A stretch of 64,000 nt of DNA from Octopus sinensis (GCF_006345805.1 NC_043008.1:6448001-6512000), one strand, 5' to 3'; numbered from the stretch's first letter, positions 49,594 through 62,185 are shown. Numbers and translations are program-made. The notes: generated from the sequence alone by a model not told the origin.

Positions 49594-50623
49594 TATTATT
49601 ATTATTGTTGTTGTTGTTGTTGTTGTCGTTATAGCTTCAAGCATTATTAGAAACAAATGCATGTTTATTTAAGAATGTAGAACAGACATTCTGAAGATAG
49701 TTCTTTAACTTATTCCAGTTATTCAGTTTATTCTGTGAAGATAAATTAGCACTAAATATATTTGGAATTTTGTGATAGAGGTTTGAAAAAAAAAAAAAAA
49801 GCTCTTTTGCTTGAATTCTATTGGCCAAAAACGATCTTGACCAAATAGATTGAAGACAAGAATAAGCATTAATTTCTTTTCTACTAATTCCTTTGAGGTA
49901 TTTGGGGAATTCTGCTTTCTATTCTTATTTCTTTTTGGTGCAACAACCAGTTGGCAAATACCAAATTAATCTCTGAACAGAACAAATTGAAACGAGAAAA
50001 AAAATTAAAAACAAACATTTTTTTTTTTGTTTTTTTTTTTTTGCTTTCCCAAATATTTTCTCTCCAACTTCTTTAGCAACAGTTTTAAAATGACAAAAGC
50101 TTAAAACGATTCAGAGTTGGAATATTTCTAATTCACGAAGGTAAAAAATAGAAAATAATTATTCTGTTTTCAGAAAGTAATTTGTTTTCTCCTTTTTATC
50201 AAGCTTAAAAATACATCCACCACCAGAAGATGTGAGGAAGTTTTGCTCAGTTTTGCAAACTTTGTTTAAAAATTGTCAAGCAGTCTTCAACTGATTGAAA
50301 GAGGATTTGTAAAATTAAATTAAGTTGGCTAAAGAAACTGCTGTTTAGTGACAATCTAAGACAAACCTTGTATCAATGCCAAAATGTAACATAAAAGTGG
50401 TTTGCTTTGTATTGATTTATTGGCCTTAAATATTGATTTCTGTCAAACTACCAACATCAACTATAGGTTTTCTTCTGATGCAATCAGACTAAGTGGTATT
50501 AGTAATGAAGTTGGACCATTACTTTGACTGCATCAAAATTCTTCGGCAAAAACAATATCTATTGGTTTACAATCAACTGTTTTTATTTCACAATACTTAT
50601 TAAATCAAAATTAAATTTACATA

Positions 50624-50848
50624 TGTGCGCACACACACACACACACACGCACACACACTCACATGCACACACACACTCACATACACACTCATGCAAACAC
50701 ACACACACACACACTCACATACACACACACATGCACACTCACATACAAACACATACAAACACATACACACACACTCACATACACACACACACATGCACAC
50801 TCACATACAAACACATACACACTCACATACAAACACATACACATCACA
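50624..50848. repeat. (CA)n-derived minisatellite
   Basis: Repeating acacactcacatacaaacacatac units. Confidence 0.9.
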
Positions 50849-51380
50849 TGATTTTATTTCTTTCAATTTTTGAAATTTTAAAAAATTATGTGATTGTAGA
50901 AAACCGTTATTGATATTCTTTCGTAAACCATATCTGACATTAAGTGCTCTACTTAGTGATTCTTCAAGAAAATATGGTAAATTATTCAAAAGCTTAACAA
51001 AATGCTGCTAAGTGAAAAATTGAAATTCTTAACTACCATTCAACCATTTCCTTTCACTGTTGTATCTAGAATTACAACAAAGGCTGAAGAATTTTATTCA
51101 TAGCTTGTTTTATCCAAAGTCTTCTAGGAACATGGGAAGATGACACATAAACACACACACATGTGTGTGAGAGTTGATATATCTTTAAATATTCTTTCAA
51201 AATGTTACAATAAATAACAGGTATAAATAGCCTAACACTCACTTTAGAAATTCTATATACATACAATGTTTAATTATTACATAGTCACAAAGTTTCACAC
51301 ACACGCCCCCACCTCATCACCACCTTTATATAAACACACATGTAGCATAAAAGCAAGAAAGCACATAGTTCACGCTTGTA

Positions 51381-51529
51381 TTCAACAGCTGTTTCATTAA
51401 GATAAACACCAGGTATATAATTACATAATTGCGTTGCATAATAAATCTAAATTAAATTTAAGTTAATTTTGTATCTCAAATATGTAATTATACATTTGGT
51501 GAGTTTATCATAATGAAAAAGCTTTTGAA
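51381..51529. mobile_element. Small diverged MITE-like inverted repeat (~48-bp arms)
   Basis: ttcaacagctgtttcattaagataaacacc...ataattacata versus reverse complement of tatgtaattat...aatgaaaaagcttttgaa. Confidence 0.55.
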
Positions 51530-51546
51530 CAGATTTAAATTATGAA

Positions 51547-52434
51547 CAAGGTGGTTTGATCAATAAGTATCCGGACTGTTGTCATAGTAACGAATCTAAA
51601 GCACACAGAGTGAAGCTGCTCGGCACAGATTACCCGTAAACTCTACTGTGCTTTTGTACTAAGTTTCAGCATTCTCGCTCTCTTCCGCTGTTTACAGCAG
51701 TGCTTGGAACAAAGGTATGTAGTGAGTTATTTTTACATTGACCATGACAGAGTAAGTTGAGCAGAGAATCTGCATCAAATTTTGCCAAAAGCTTAGCGAT
51801 ACCTGCTCAGAGGCCTAAGCAAAATTTCCAAAACGTTTTCCTCATTCTTGACACAATCAAGATCTTATGCAGCTGAGACCCAAGTGCCATTTTGGTCAGC
51901 TGAATGCAATATTTGGCACAAACTTGGCAGACACGTGTCGCATACCCAAATCTTCAGTGATAATGGACTGAACTCAACCATAACTAATCTGCACATCCTC
52001 TGACAACTCACAGATGGTGATTTGATGATTTCACCTCACAGCTGCAAGCACATCTGTGATGTTTTTCTCAGTTCTACTGGTTGCAGGTCTCCCTGAACAG
52101 TTGTCAATATCAACATTCTTTCAGCCATCTTGGAAACATCTGAACCACTTGTATGCAGCTCATACACTCCTCTCCATACACTTTCTGCAACTTTGCGTAG
52201 GCCTCTGAGCAGGTATCGTGATAACAACTTTCTCTATCATGATCAATGCGACGATCACACGCTACACACCTTCCTTCGAAGTATTGCTGTAAATAGCGGA
52301 AGTGAGCTAGAATGTTAAAACTTAGTGCACATACACAACAGAGTTCAAATTCAATCTTTACCAAGTGACTTTACTCTGCATGCTTTAGTTTCGTTACTAT
52401 GGCAACAGTCCGGATACTTATTGATCAGACCTCA
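51547..52434. mobile_element. Mariner-family fold-back: two 5' ends joined tail-to-tail (plus 51547-~51825; minus 52434-~51826)
   Basis: TIR tgatcaataagtatccggactgttg at both ends; decayed N-terminus EQRICIKFCQKLSDTCSE (plus) and AKLQKVYGEECMS...SGRPATS...EDLGMRHVSAKFVP (minus). Confidence 0.8.
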
Positions 52435-52624
52435 TATATGTGAAATCTGTGCTTTTCTGTTTAATGTGCTGCTCTTAAACATCCTTTTAGATGATCGTGT
52501 ATATACATGCCAGTCACTCCCACGTGGATTCACTGCAAAGTAATAAATATTTAATGACCTGTTATCAACTGAGTTTTTAATTAGTTTGGATTTATTCTTT
52601 GATGTTTATGCATTAATTTATGGA

Positions 52625-53033
52625 TAGGTGTAGGAGTGGCTGTGTGGTAAGTAGCTTGCTTACGAATCACATGGTTCCGGGTTCAGTCCCACTGCGTGCC
52701 ACCTTGGGCAAGTGTCTTCTACTATAGCCTTTGGCAGACCAAAGCCTTGTGAGTGGATTTGGTAGATGGAAACTGAAAGAAGCCTGTTGTATATATATAT
52801 ATATATATGTGTGTGTATATGTTTGTGTGTCTGTGTTTGTCCCCACCAACATCGCTCGACAACTGATGCTGGTGTGTTTACGTCCCCGTAACCTAGCGGT
52901 TTGGCAAAAGAGACCGATAGAATAAGTACGAGGCTTATAAAGAATAAGTCCTGGGGGTGATTTGCTCGACTAAATGCAGTGCTCCAGCATGGCCACAGTC
53001 AAATGACTGAAACAAGTAAAAAGAGAGTAAAAA
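52625..53033 (+). mobile_element. SINE family B, full length
   Basis: Matches 15424-15864. Confidence 0.92.
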
Positions 53034-54073
53034 GTATAAACACACAAATCACACACATACACACACACACACACGTGCAGGTATACAGACACAAACATAT
53101 TTATATTATTTAATATAAAGGACGTGTACATTCCTGGCACACAAAATCTGATAGTTACACACTTCTGAAGTGCAGGATACAAAATCTAAGATTTTTACTC
53201 AGCGTCCTTGTAGCAACCTGCATTGACACGATTGCAGTTCTTTTCTTCAACAATATATGAGATATGGTTTTATACCAGCATCAACTGTGAGTTGGTAATT
53301 TACTGAAGCAAAATGCCTGAATAGATATGCGTTTATACTGTCAGTTCAGTTCATATTCCCTGCAGGAATCCAGTGGTCAGTATTTGATTGTATAATTACG
53401 GTTCATCTTTCTATGGGAAATAAGAAATCATTTGGGAATGTAATCGTTAATAGACTGGTGTTCTGTCCAAGTAAAAGATTTAGCTCTCATCCACTTCCAG
53501 CATTAAATTTATCTCATATGTGATAAATGTGATATGTGATAAATGTGTGTGTGTGTGTTTGTTTGGCTGTGGGTGTGTATGTGTATTTGGGTCTATGTGT
53601 GTTTGTGTTCGTGTTTGTGTGTATGTATGTGGCTGCATACACAGACTGACTTGCATTATTGCTATAATTCTCAAAGTGTCGTTTAGGCGACCAGGTGTAA
53701 ACACTATGTCAGTAAAACCTCACAAAGCTATAGCAATCACACAGCCATACAATCTCCAACGACCTCTAGTGGCAACCAAACACCTGTAACATTGACAAAA
53801 CTGCAGCAAAAAGAAAAAAAACTAAACTACATCTTCAAAACACAACGCAACCCTGTCCAAATGTTTCCCACAAAACTCAGGTAAGAATGAATCTAGAGCT
53901 GTGCTTCTACTGCTGCTGCCATACATCCACAAGGACATTCAAGCTAAAGTCATTTGGCTCATAGACTCACAGACAAATACTCTGCAATCATTGGAGCACA
54001 CATTCGGTGTCTTGTCTCTCTCTCTCTCTCTCTCTCTCTTCTACTGTTGCAGTTCCTGTCCCTCTAAACTTGT

Positions 54074-54525
54074 GAAGTGGGTGTGTGGTAAGTAGTTTGC
54101 TTACCAACCACATGGTTCCAGGTTCAGTCTCACTGCATGGCACCTTAGGCAAGTGTCTTCTACTATAGCCTCGGAGTGAAGTTGGTAGATGGAAACTGAA
54201 AGAAGCCCGTCGTATATATGTGTGTATATATATATGTGTGTGTGTGTGTGTATATATATATATGTACATATACACACATGTACATGATGATGATGATGAT
54301 GATGATGATGATGTACATGTGTGTATATGTTTGTGTGTCTGTGTTTGTCCCCCAACATCGCTTGACAAGTGATGCTGGTGTGTTTACGTCCCCGTAACTT
54401 AGCGGTTCAACAAAAGAGACCAATAAAATAAGTACTAGGCTTCCAAAGAATAAGTCCTTGTGTCGATTTGCTTGGCTAAAGGCGGTGCTCCAGCATGGCC
54501 ACAGTCAAGTAAAAGAATAAAAGAA
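54074..54525 (+). mobile_element. SINE family B with expanded internal TA/TG/(GAT)n microsatellite
   Basis: Family B head and tail flank the 54212-54330 array. Confidence 0.9.
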
Positions 54526-55618
54526 AGAATATCTTCTCCCTCTACACTTGTCTGTTTAATACAACTTCCTCTCCTCGTTATATTTATCCACGTCAAACTT
54601 TTACCAAATTCTTCGCCAATCCTTCTTCTACTGAGCTACAGTTCACTGCTATTGCCTCCCTCTACTGTATCTTGTAAAATTCTGCAACCAAATGCCAACT
54701 AATTTGTTCCAGAGGGGAAACAGTTCATGCTCTTCACTTTTGATTAATCAATAAAACAAAGAATTATATCTACTTGGTAATCAGTGCTGTACAACAGAGC
54801 AATGGTATGAAATATTTTGTGGAAGCGGTGCTATCTTTTGTTGCCTTCAGAAGCTTCATAAAGCGATTATTTTTCTATCTTCAGTGGTGATTTAGCAACC
54901 AGAATAGGTGAAACCGATTCCTTTGATGGACTAATTAAGAAATCTTATGTACTACATGATATATAATGTTATGTTAATCTCCAGTGGACCTGATAATCAT
55001 AGAACCAGATTCAGTTCTCTACTTGTGATAACCTTGCCACTGACATTAAACCGTGCTGCGGACCAGGCAGTGTATTCATTTCTAGTTCCTATAGATAACA
55101 GCAGTCAAGTACATTTCCTCATACTTCAAACATGAATACTAACTTCAAAATCTTAATGGATGTTCTCTTTGATTCTGCAAATACCAGCATAGTCATAATC
55201 TAATTAGAACATGAATCATTTCAAAAGAAGAATATATATATATTATCATCAAAGACGGGGCAATATTCAATCAAACGAAAAGGAATTTGAATCTATCAGT
55301 ATTATTTCAAAACATTTAAACATCAATTTGCATCTCACACTATACTTAGTACACACATTCAATCTACTTATTGCTAATTATAATAATTATATTTGGTATA
55401 TTATATAATCAAAGAGTTTATATATCATATTTTGTCAGTCTGGTTGGAATTCCTAAAGATGTTTCCACTTTAGTTAAGGTAAACTTGTACTGTTGCAGTT
55501 ATTTAACCCCTGCTTAATAACTAAGGAGACATGGAGCCAAAGACGTCCAGTGGTCTTTTTATGTATTTCGGACAACACACACTGACCAATGTATATAATG
55601 ATATATATATACAAACAA

Positions 55619-55945
55619 AAGGCACATGGCTCAGTGGTTAGGACATCGGGCTCACAATCATGAGGTAGTGAGTTCGATTCCTGGACTGGGCTGTGTGTCG
55701 TGTTCTTGAGCAAGACACTTGATTTCATGTTGCTCCAGTTCATTCATCTGTAGAAATGAATTGTGATGTCACTGGCACCAAGTTGTATTGGCCCCTTTGC
55801 CTTTCCTTTGGATAACACTGGTGGCTGGTATTCATGGGTGACTGCTGGTCTTCCATAAAACAAACTTGTCCAAACTTGTGCCTTGAAAGGGAACATTTTA
55901 GGTGTAATGCCATGGTCATTCTGACTGAGGGGGTCATTTCCCTTT
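55619..55945 (+). mobile_element. SINE family D, full length
   Basis: ggcacatggctcagtggttagg A box; gagttcgattcc B box. Confidence 0.9.
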
Positions 55946-55978
55946 ATACAAATATATGCAGTCATCTTTTATATATAT

Positions 55979-56486
55979 ACTAGCAGTATCGCCCGGCGTT
56001 GCTCGGGTTTGTAAGGGAAATAACTATATAAGCATTTTTAGAGAGTTACTTCCCTTATAAATTCGGGCTTTCTTAGCCATTTTTGTTTTGGTGTCTTCAA
56101 GCCATGAAGTTGTTGTTCTAAAAGAACGCTGGTTTCCTTGACAACGCATTACGACGTTGATTTCTTTACACTTCCTTCCCCACAGCTTCACGAGGGAGGG
56201 AAGGGGGAGAAGCAAACAGGTGCAGCTGTGAGCGGGGACGCCAACTCCGCCGCCATCGACATACGATGCATTTTATGCATTAAATTGGAATAAAAAATGA
56301 TGTTAAATTATTTTTAAAATCGTAGACTCATCGTTGACGCGCGCTAATAGTCAGACGGGCTCGATATGAATCACGACTATAAGATACCCGAATTTGGTTA
56401 AACTGCACCGCAAAATGTGGGAGGAGTTAGGAATCTAAATCGAAGGGGACAGACACTCACACAACTAGAGTTTTATATATATAGAT
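55979..56486 (+). mobile_element. Non-autonomous Helentron/DINE-1-like element (family G)
   Basis: actagc start with hairpin cccggcgttgctcggg; ends ttttatatatatagat; second copy at 62186-62583. Class is from recall of the architecture. Confidence 0.6.
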
Positions 56487-56504
56487 ATCTTTACATATAT
56501 ATAT

Positions 56505-56544
<40 letters not shown>

Positions 56545-56558
56545 TTACAAATATATAT

Positions 56559-56620
<62 letters not shown>

Positions 56621-56634
56621 TTACATATATATAT

Positions 56635-56691
<57 letters not shown>

Positions 56692-56742
56692 TATATATCT
56701 TTACATATATATATCTTTATATATATATATATATATATATAA
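56487..56742. repeat. Higher-order TA array: four units of TCTTTACA(TA)n-TCTTTA(TA)n
   Basis: Direct reading. Confidence 0.9.
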
Positions 56743-57327
56743 TCAAAAAAGGGTAATAACATAGATTACTACCAGTGGCCCAGCACAAAAGACGAATTAG
56801 TCATTAGACAAAATATTATTCATATAGAAATATATGTATGTATGTATGTATATGTCTTTATATATATATTTATGTCTAAGCTGACAAATGTGTCCTTCAT
56901 TTTTTCAAGATGTTGGGTGTGATTTGAGGGAGCTGCTGTTGCTATATTTCCCTTAAATAACAGCAAGTGACCATGCCGAGGTTTGGTCATTGTAGCATTG
57001 TAATAAGATAATGTTGATGCTGTTGGTAGTAGTAGCAGCAGCAGCAGTAGCTACCCTTCTTTAATTCCGACCTAATATAAATCATGGCACAGGAGGGGAA
57101 TCTGAGGAGAAAATTTAAGAAATGCTTAGACAAATGTTGGTTTGACCAAATGCCAGGAATATGAGCACGCAACATTTGGCAGAATATTGGCTTCAGAAAA
57201 ATGTCTGCAAGAAGACAAGTAGCTCCTCTAATCACTTAAAGGGTCCCAGTTTATATTGTGTTGCTGCTTCTATTTCCTTTGTCATTATTTCATACAACAA
57301 AAAATGACTCCTTTATAAGACCTAGAG

Positions 57328-57633
57328 CAGTGGTTCTCAAACATTTTCAGGCTGCTACCCCCTTGACACCCTGGCCATACTCCTAGTGCCCCAAACCCCA
57401 ATTAACCCTCACAAACACAGACCCCTTTCTGAAGCAAATTCAAAGCAACTCTATTTCACCATCTCAACCTAATGAACCCATCATTTTGATGTTTTTACAT
57501 GAATTGTCACCCCATTTTCGCCCCAATTTTTACACAACTTGCCACCCATCATCGCCCCATTTTTCTTCAGCACCCGCTCGGAATTTTCCACTCCCACCAG
57601 GGGGGGCAATACTGCCCACTTTGAGAACTTCTG
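57328..57633. mobile_element. hAT-family MITE with decayed 8-bp TSD
   Basis: TIR cagtggttctcaaa / tttgagaacttctg; flanks acctagag and atctagcg (6 of 8 match). Confidence 0.75.
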
Positions 57634-59062
57634 ATCTAGCGTATTACTACAGTATCAAATTCTAACCTTATATGAAATTCAAGTGAGGTCTTTGACAGAA
57701 CACAGCACAATCAAATGCTAACCTTCCACAAAACTCAAGTATGACCATTGGGGGCTGCTGTGCACAGATGAAAATCCAAAGCAATTCTTCATCAGTTTTC
57801 TAACATAAGCAAACCATTCCATTCTAGTTTGAGTCAAAGCGAGACACAAAGCAGTGAGAGAAGTCAGATACAAAGTCAGATACAAACGACCCACTTCAGT
57901 GAATTGTCTGTCCTGTTATCTGTGTTCCACAAACTATTATTGGTAGCTAAAGGATGACAAAGATGATGATGGTGATGACGAATTTATCAGAGAACTGGAT
58001 GTGCTAAATTATAATAGTATCACAATTTTAATAAATGTTTAAGTATCACATTCCAGTATTATTTAATTAGTCTAATAATGAAATAATACTCATAAAATTT
58101 GCTACTCATTCAATTAGTGATTGTAACAACCTCCCAAGTGACTCCAGTTTACTACGGGAAGAACATTAGACAGAATCAGAATTAATAATGATAAATTTTG
58201 ATGGTTTTACAAAATTTTTGCTCTGCATTATTTGCTTAATCAATTGCTACAGGTGTACAATTTCATCTGAATGTCTGGAGATTGTGTGAAATACATCTCT
58301 TCTTCGTCATGTTATATAAGTTATCTCCTGATAATACTATAATTATAATTGGGCCATAAAATTCTAAGAAAAGACTCGACTTTATGTCCTAGACAAAAGC
58401 ATCAATATTTTGATAATGGTTTTGCATGTGAGCTATGGAACCAAAGTAAACTTCAACGAGGCAACCACAGCAGGCTGCTCTTGTCATTCTCATGTGCAGG
58501 TGTTTTCAAAGTGATGATGGTTACAGCATCTTTAGGCCATCTGACAATGTCAAGTGATCTCCATGCAAAATAAAAGGATTGCTACAAAGTGAATGCTTAG
58601 ATTATTCAGATAAAATAAAGCAGGATACTTAAGTCATTATATCGAAATAAAATATCCTTGTTTAATACAGAGGCTTTATTCATTGCAACCGAAAGTATAT
58701 CCATCATTTCTAGCTGTGTAACTGTTTATTTTGGCACAAATTGAATATTTAAATTGAATGCATTGCAGGTTCGTTAAGTACGTGCATCACTGCATTTTAT
58801 GATTGGCAAAGAACAAAACATAGCGCCCATGTTTGTGCAGATATAAGCATTTTCTCATAAATAATTTTGCTATATACATGACCAGTCTACATATATTCAG
58901 TTGTAGATTTACATACATGCACACACATTTATACCAATAGATACATGCATACACACACTCATATATATTTCTTGTGGAAAACCCATGTACACATGACACA
59001 AACCCTAACCCTTCTCGTACATAATCTGAAATGGTATCTTTTAGAATATATCTATTGCGGCT

Positions 59063-59143
59063 GTCAGGATGGCCGAGTGGTCTAAGGCGCCAGACTCAAG
59101 GTACATATAATGCACCTTAACCGGAACTGTGAGTATTCTGGTC
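59063..59143 (+). pseudogene. 3'-truncated tRNA-Leu(CAA) retaining a 35-nt intron
   Basis: GTCAGGATGGCCGAGTGGTCTAAGGCGCCAGACTCAAG matches the metazoan tRNA-Leu-CAA 5' exon as I recall it (anticodon 59097-99); intron 59101-135; exon 2 begins TTCTGGTC and then breaks off. Confidence 0.85.
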
Positions 59144-59184
59144 CAACAATGCCATATTTGTGGAAGAATAAGTTTAGAGAAAAT

Positions 59185-59547
59185 GTGCAGGAGTGGCTGT
59201 GTGGTAAGTAGCTTGCTTACCAACCATATGGTTCTGGGTTCAGTCACACTGTGTTGCACCTTGGTCAAGTGTCTTCTACTCTAGCCTCTGGCCGACCAAA
59301 TCCTTGTGAGTGGATTTGTTAGATGAAAACTGAAAGAAGCCCATCGTATATATATGTATGTATATGTATATATGTATATGTTTGTGTGTCTGTGTTTGTC
59401 TCCACCAACATTGACAACAGATGCTGGTGTGTTTATGTCCCCATAACTTAGCAGTTTGGCAAAAGAGCCTGATAGAATAAGTACTAAGCTTACAAAGAAT
59501 AAGTCCTGGGGCTGAGTTGTCACAGTCAAATGACTGAAACAAGTAAA
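59185..59547 (+). mobile_element. SINE family B
   Basis: Family B head, body and tail with a deletion near the 3' end. Confidence 0.9.
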
Positions 59548-59572
59548 CGAGATCTTATTAAGCCTACTACAA

Positions 59573-59917
59573 GAGGAAAATAGTGGGCGGTGGTCAAGAT
59601 ATAAGAGTGGTGAGATAGTTATTTATATTTAGAAGGTTTTACGCAACATGTTGTCAACAACCATTTGGAATTAAATCCACTGGGAGTTGTCAACTGTGTT
59701 CTAAGTTTATGGTGATAAATCCATTAATGTCCAATGAAATAAGAGTCTCGGAGATTGTCTGATATTAATTGATCTATCAACTAGAACACAGTTGACAACT
59801 CCCAATGCATTCAATTCTAAATGGTCGTAGACAAAATGTTGCATAAAAGCCTTCTAAGTATAAACAATTATCTCACCATTCCTATATCTTGAAACCCCAC
59901 CCCCAACTATTTTTCTC
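59573..59917. mobile_element. Fold-back MITE-like element, ~135-bp diverged arms, ~70-bp spacer
   Basis: tgggagttgtcaactgtgttcta and tagaacacagttgacaactccca form a perfect block; the rest of the arms align at roughly 80%. Confidence 0.8.
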
Positions 59918-60089
59918 TGTTACTCTCTAAATTATTGCAGGCTTAATAAGATATGCATTTCCTCCAAACTATTTCAGCCACAAATATAACCTAAGGAAAC
60001 AATGTAATTATTTTGGTTCTTAATAAAGATATTAATTTGCTAAAAATGGTTTGTCCTTCATGATGGAAATCTATATGGTCATCTACAAC

Positions 60090-60919
60090 TGAGGAGAGCA
60101 GTTTCTTTCAAGTTGGTTTAACGATTCCATTGATCAATTAAATGGAGCTACATGAAATGGCAACCTCATTTTGTTAATGAGTGATGAAGCCCCTTTTCCT
60201 CTCGATGGCATGGTGAATCAACAGAACTGTCGTTATTGGGCTCTTGAAAGTCCAAAAGAACTGCATGAAAGACCACTGCACAGCCCCAAAGGGACAGTCT
60301 GGTGTGCTGTTGGGAAAGCTGCCATCATTGGTCCTTACTCTTTTGAAGACAGTAATAGAAATTCTGTTACTGTGAACTTCAAGCATTACATCACGATGAT
60401 AAACAACTTCTTTGTTCCAGGATTACGATGATGAAAGCGTATGCCTATTCGACGTGTGTGGTTTCAGCAAGATGGGGCAATGGCCCACACAGCCAGGGCA
60501 TCAATGGACGTTCTTTGCCCTCACTTCAGTGACCACGCCATTTCCAGGTTTGCTGACATTCCTTGGCATCCCCTCATCCCTTGATTTCTCCATGTGTGAT
60601 TATTTCTTATGGGGAAACCTCAAGACACATGTGTGTGCATGTAAGCCATATACATTGGACGATTTGAAGGAAGCTATTCATGGGGAAGTTGCCCAAATCA
60701 ACAAAGCACCGGTGGAGAGAGAGGAGGTCAGCTTCCAAGAACGCCTTCAGAAATGCACCAATGAAAACGGACACCACATGATGGATGTTGTTTTCCACAC
60801 TTACTTTTGACAAATGCTAATTCAATATGAACACATTGATGTCAATAAAATTTGTTTGCAGCTAAAATTAATGATTTTGTGAATTTTTCAAAAACATCCA
60901 TTTTCTCTGCTTCACCCTG
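60090..60919 (+). mobile_element. Tc1/mariner DD41D (rosa-type) transposase pseudogene, 5'-truncated, with 3' TIR
   Basis: MSDEA...VWC...GPYSF, WFQQDGA..H and W....DFSMCDYFLWGNLK motifs; 41 residues between 2nd and 3rd D after correcting one +1 frameshift; stop codons; ends caccctg-TA. Confidence 0.85.
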
Positions 60920-60965
60920 TACATACATAATTCTTTATTCCCTTCTCATTTATTTTATTTCATTT

Positions 60966-61000
<35 letters not shown>

Positions 61001-61003
<3 letters not shown>

Positions 61004-61188
61004 GCACGTAAAAAGCACCCACTACACTCACGGAGTGGTTGGCGTTAGGAAGGGCATCCAGCTGTAGAAACATTGCCAAATTAGACTGGAGCCTGGTGCA
61101 GCCTTCTGGCTTCCCAGAACCCCGGTCGAACCGTCCAACCCATGCTAGCATGGAGAACGGACGTTAAACGACGATGATGATGATGATG

Positions 61189-61189
<1 letters not shown>
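61001..61189 (+). mobile_element. Family C copy, little diverged
   Basis: gtggcacgtaaaaagcaccc...ggacgttaaacgacgatgatg. Confidence 0.88.
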
Positions 61190-61221
<32 letters not shown>

Positions 61222-61373
61222 TACATATATACATATATGCATACATATATACATATATGCATATACATATGTACATATATGCATATGCATATATACATAC
61301 ATATATGCACATACATGTATACATACATGTATGCATACATATATATACATATATACATATATACATACATACT

Positions 61374-61420
<47 letters not shown>

Positions 61421-62185
61421 TATATATATATGCCTCAACCATATACTTGCTATCACGTCCAACAATACTTCCAAGCTTATGCAGATGCTACCATTCCAAA
61501 CAGTCAAAGACATGGAATCCTCAGTGTATAGCCATTAAAATATGGTCATCAATATAATTAATACAATAATAAAAAAAAGACGTATAAAATGTTCCTCTTC
61601 CCCATATTGAGATACATCATCCTTAGTTTTATATCAGCGCCACAGTTTAGTTTAATTTGGTCAATATGAAGAATATTCTAGACTTCCTGAAGTATTTAAT
61701 TACTGTATACATCATGCTGCGTCTGTTTGCCTCTGTGTAAGTTTACTGGCCAACTTCCGAAATCAATATTAATTTCAATATTAATCACATTATTATCAAC
61801 ATAGTTTCATTTCCAAACTTTCTATGACTCATTACACGATTTTTCCCATCATTACATCTGTGTATTGAGTCGTAGTACCTTTAAATTTGTCTATCACCAA
61901 GATTCAGATCTCCGTGTAAGTGTCATTGTATTGATTCCTAGCTTCTCTAATCCTTTGTAAAGCCAGAAGTGATATTCCACAAAGAGGTTCCACTTATCAA
62001 GGACATTTCTGAAAAGGGTTGTAAAAGACAGTGTGAACTCAGTTTGCTTTCAGGTTTATTCTAGCCATAATCTAAATCCCAAAGAACTCAGTGAAGGATT
62101 GTGGATGACAGAATTATTTGATGTGATTCTGTACACATTATCAGCAGACCACCAAGAAGAAAGATAAAGCTGATTATCTACAGAT

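Noticed and set aside
59003-59017. aaaccctaaccct telomere-like motif
   Set aside because: Only about two units, which is expected by chance or as a repeat fragment.
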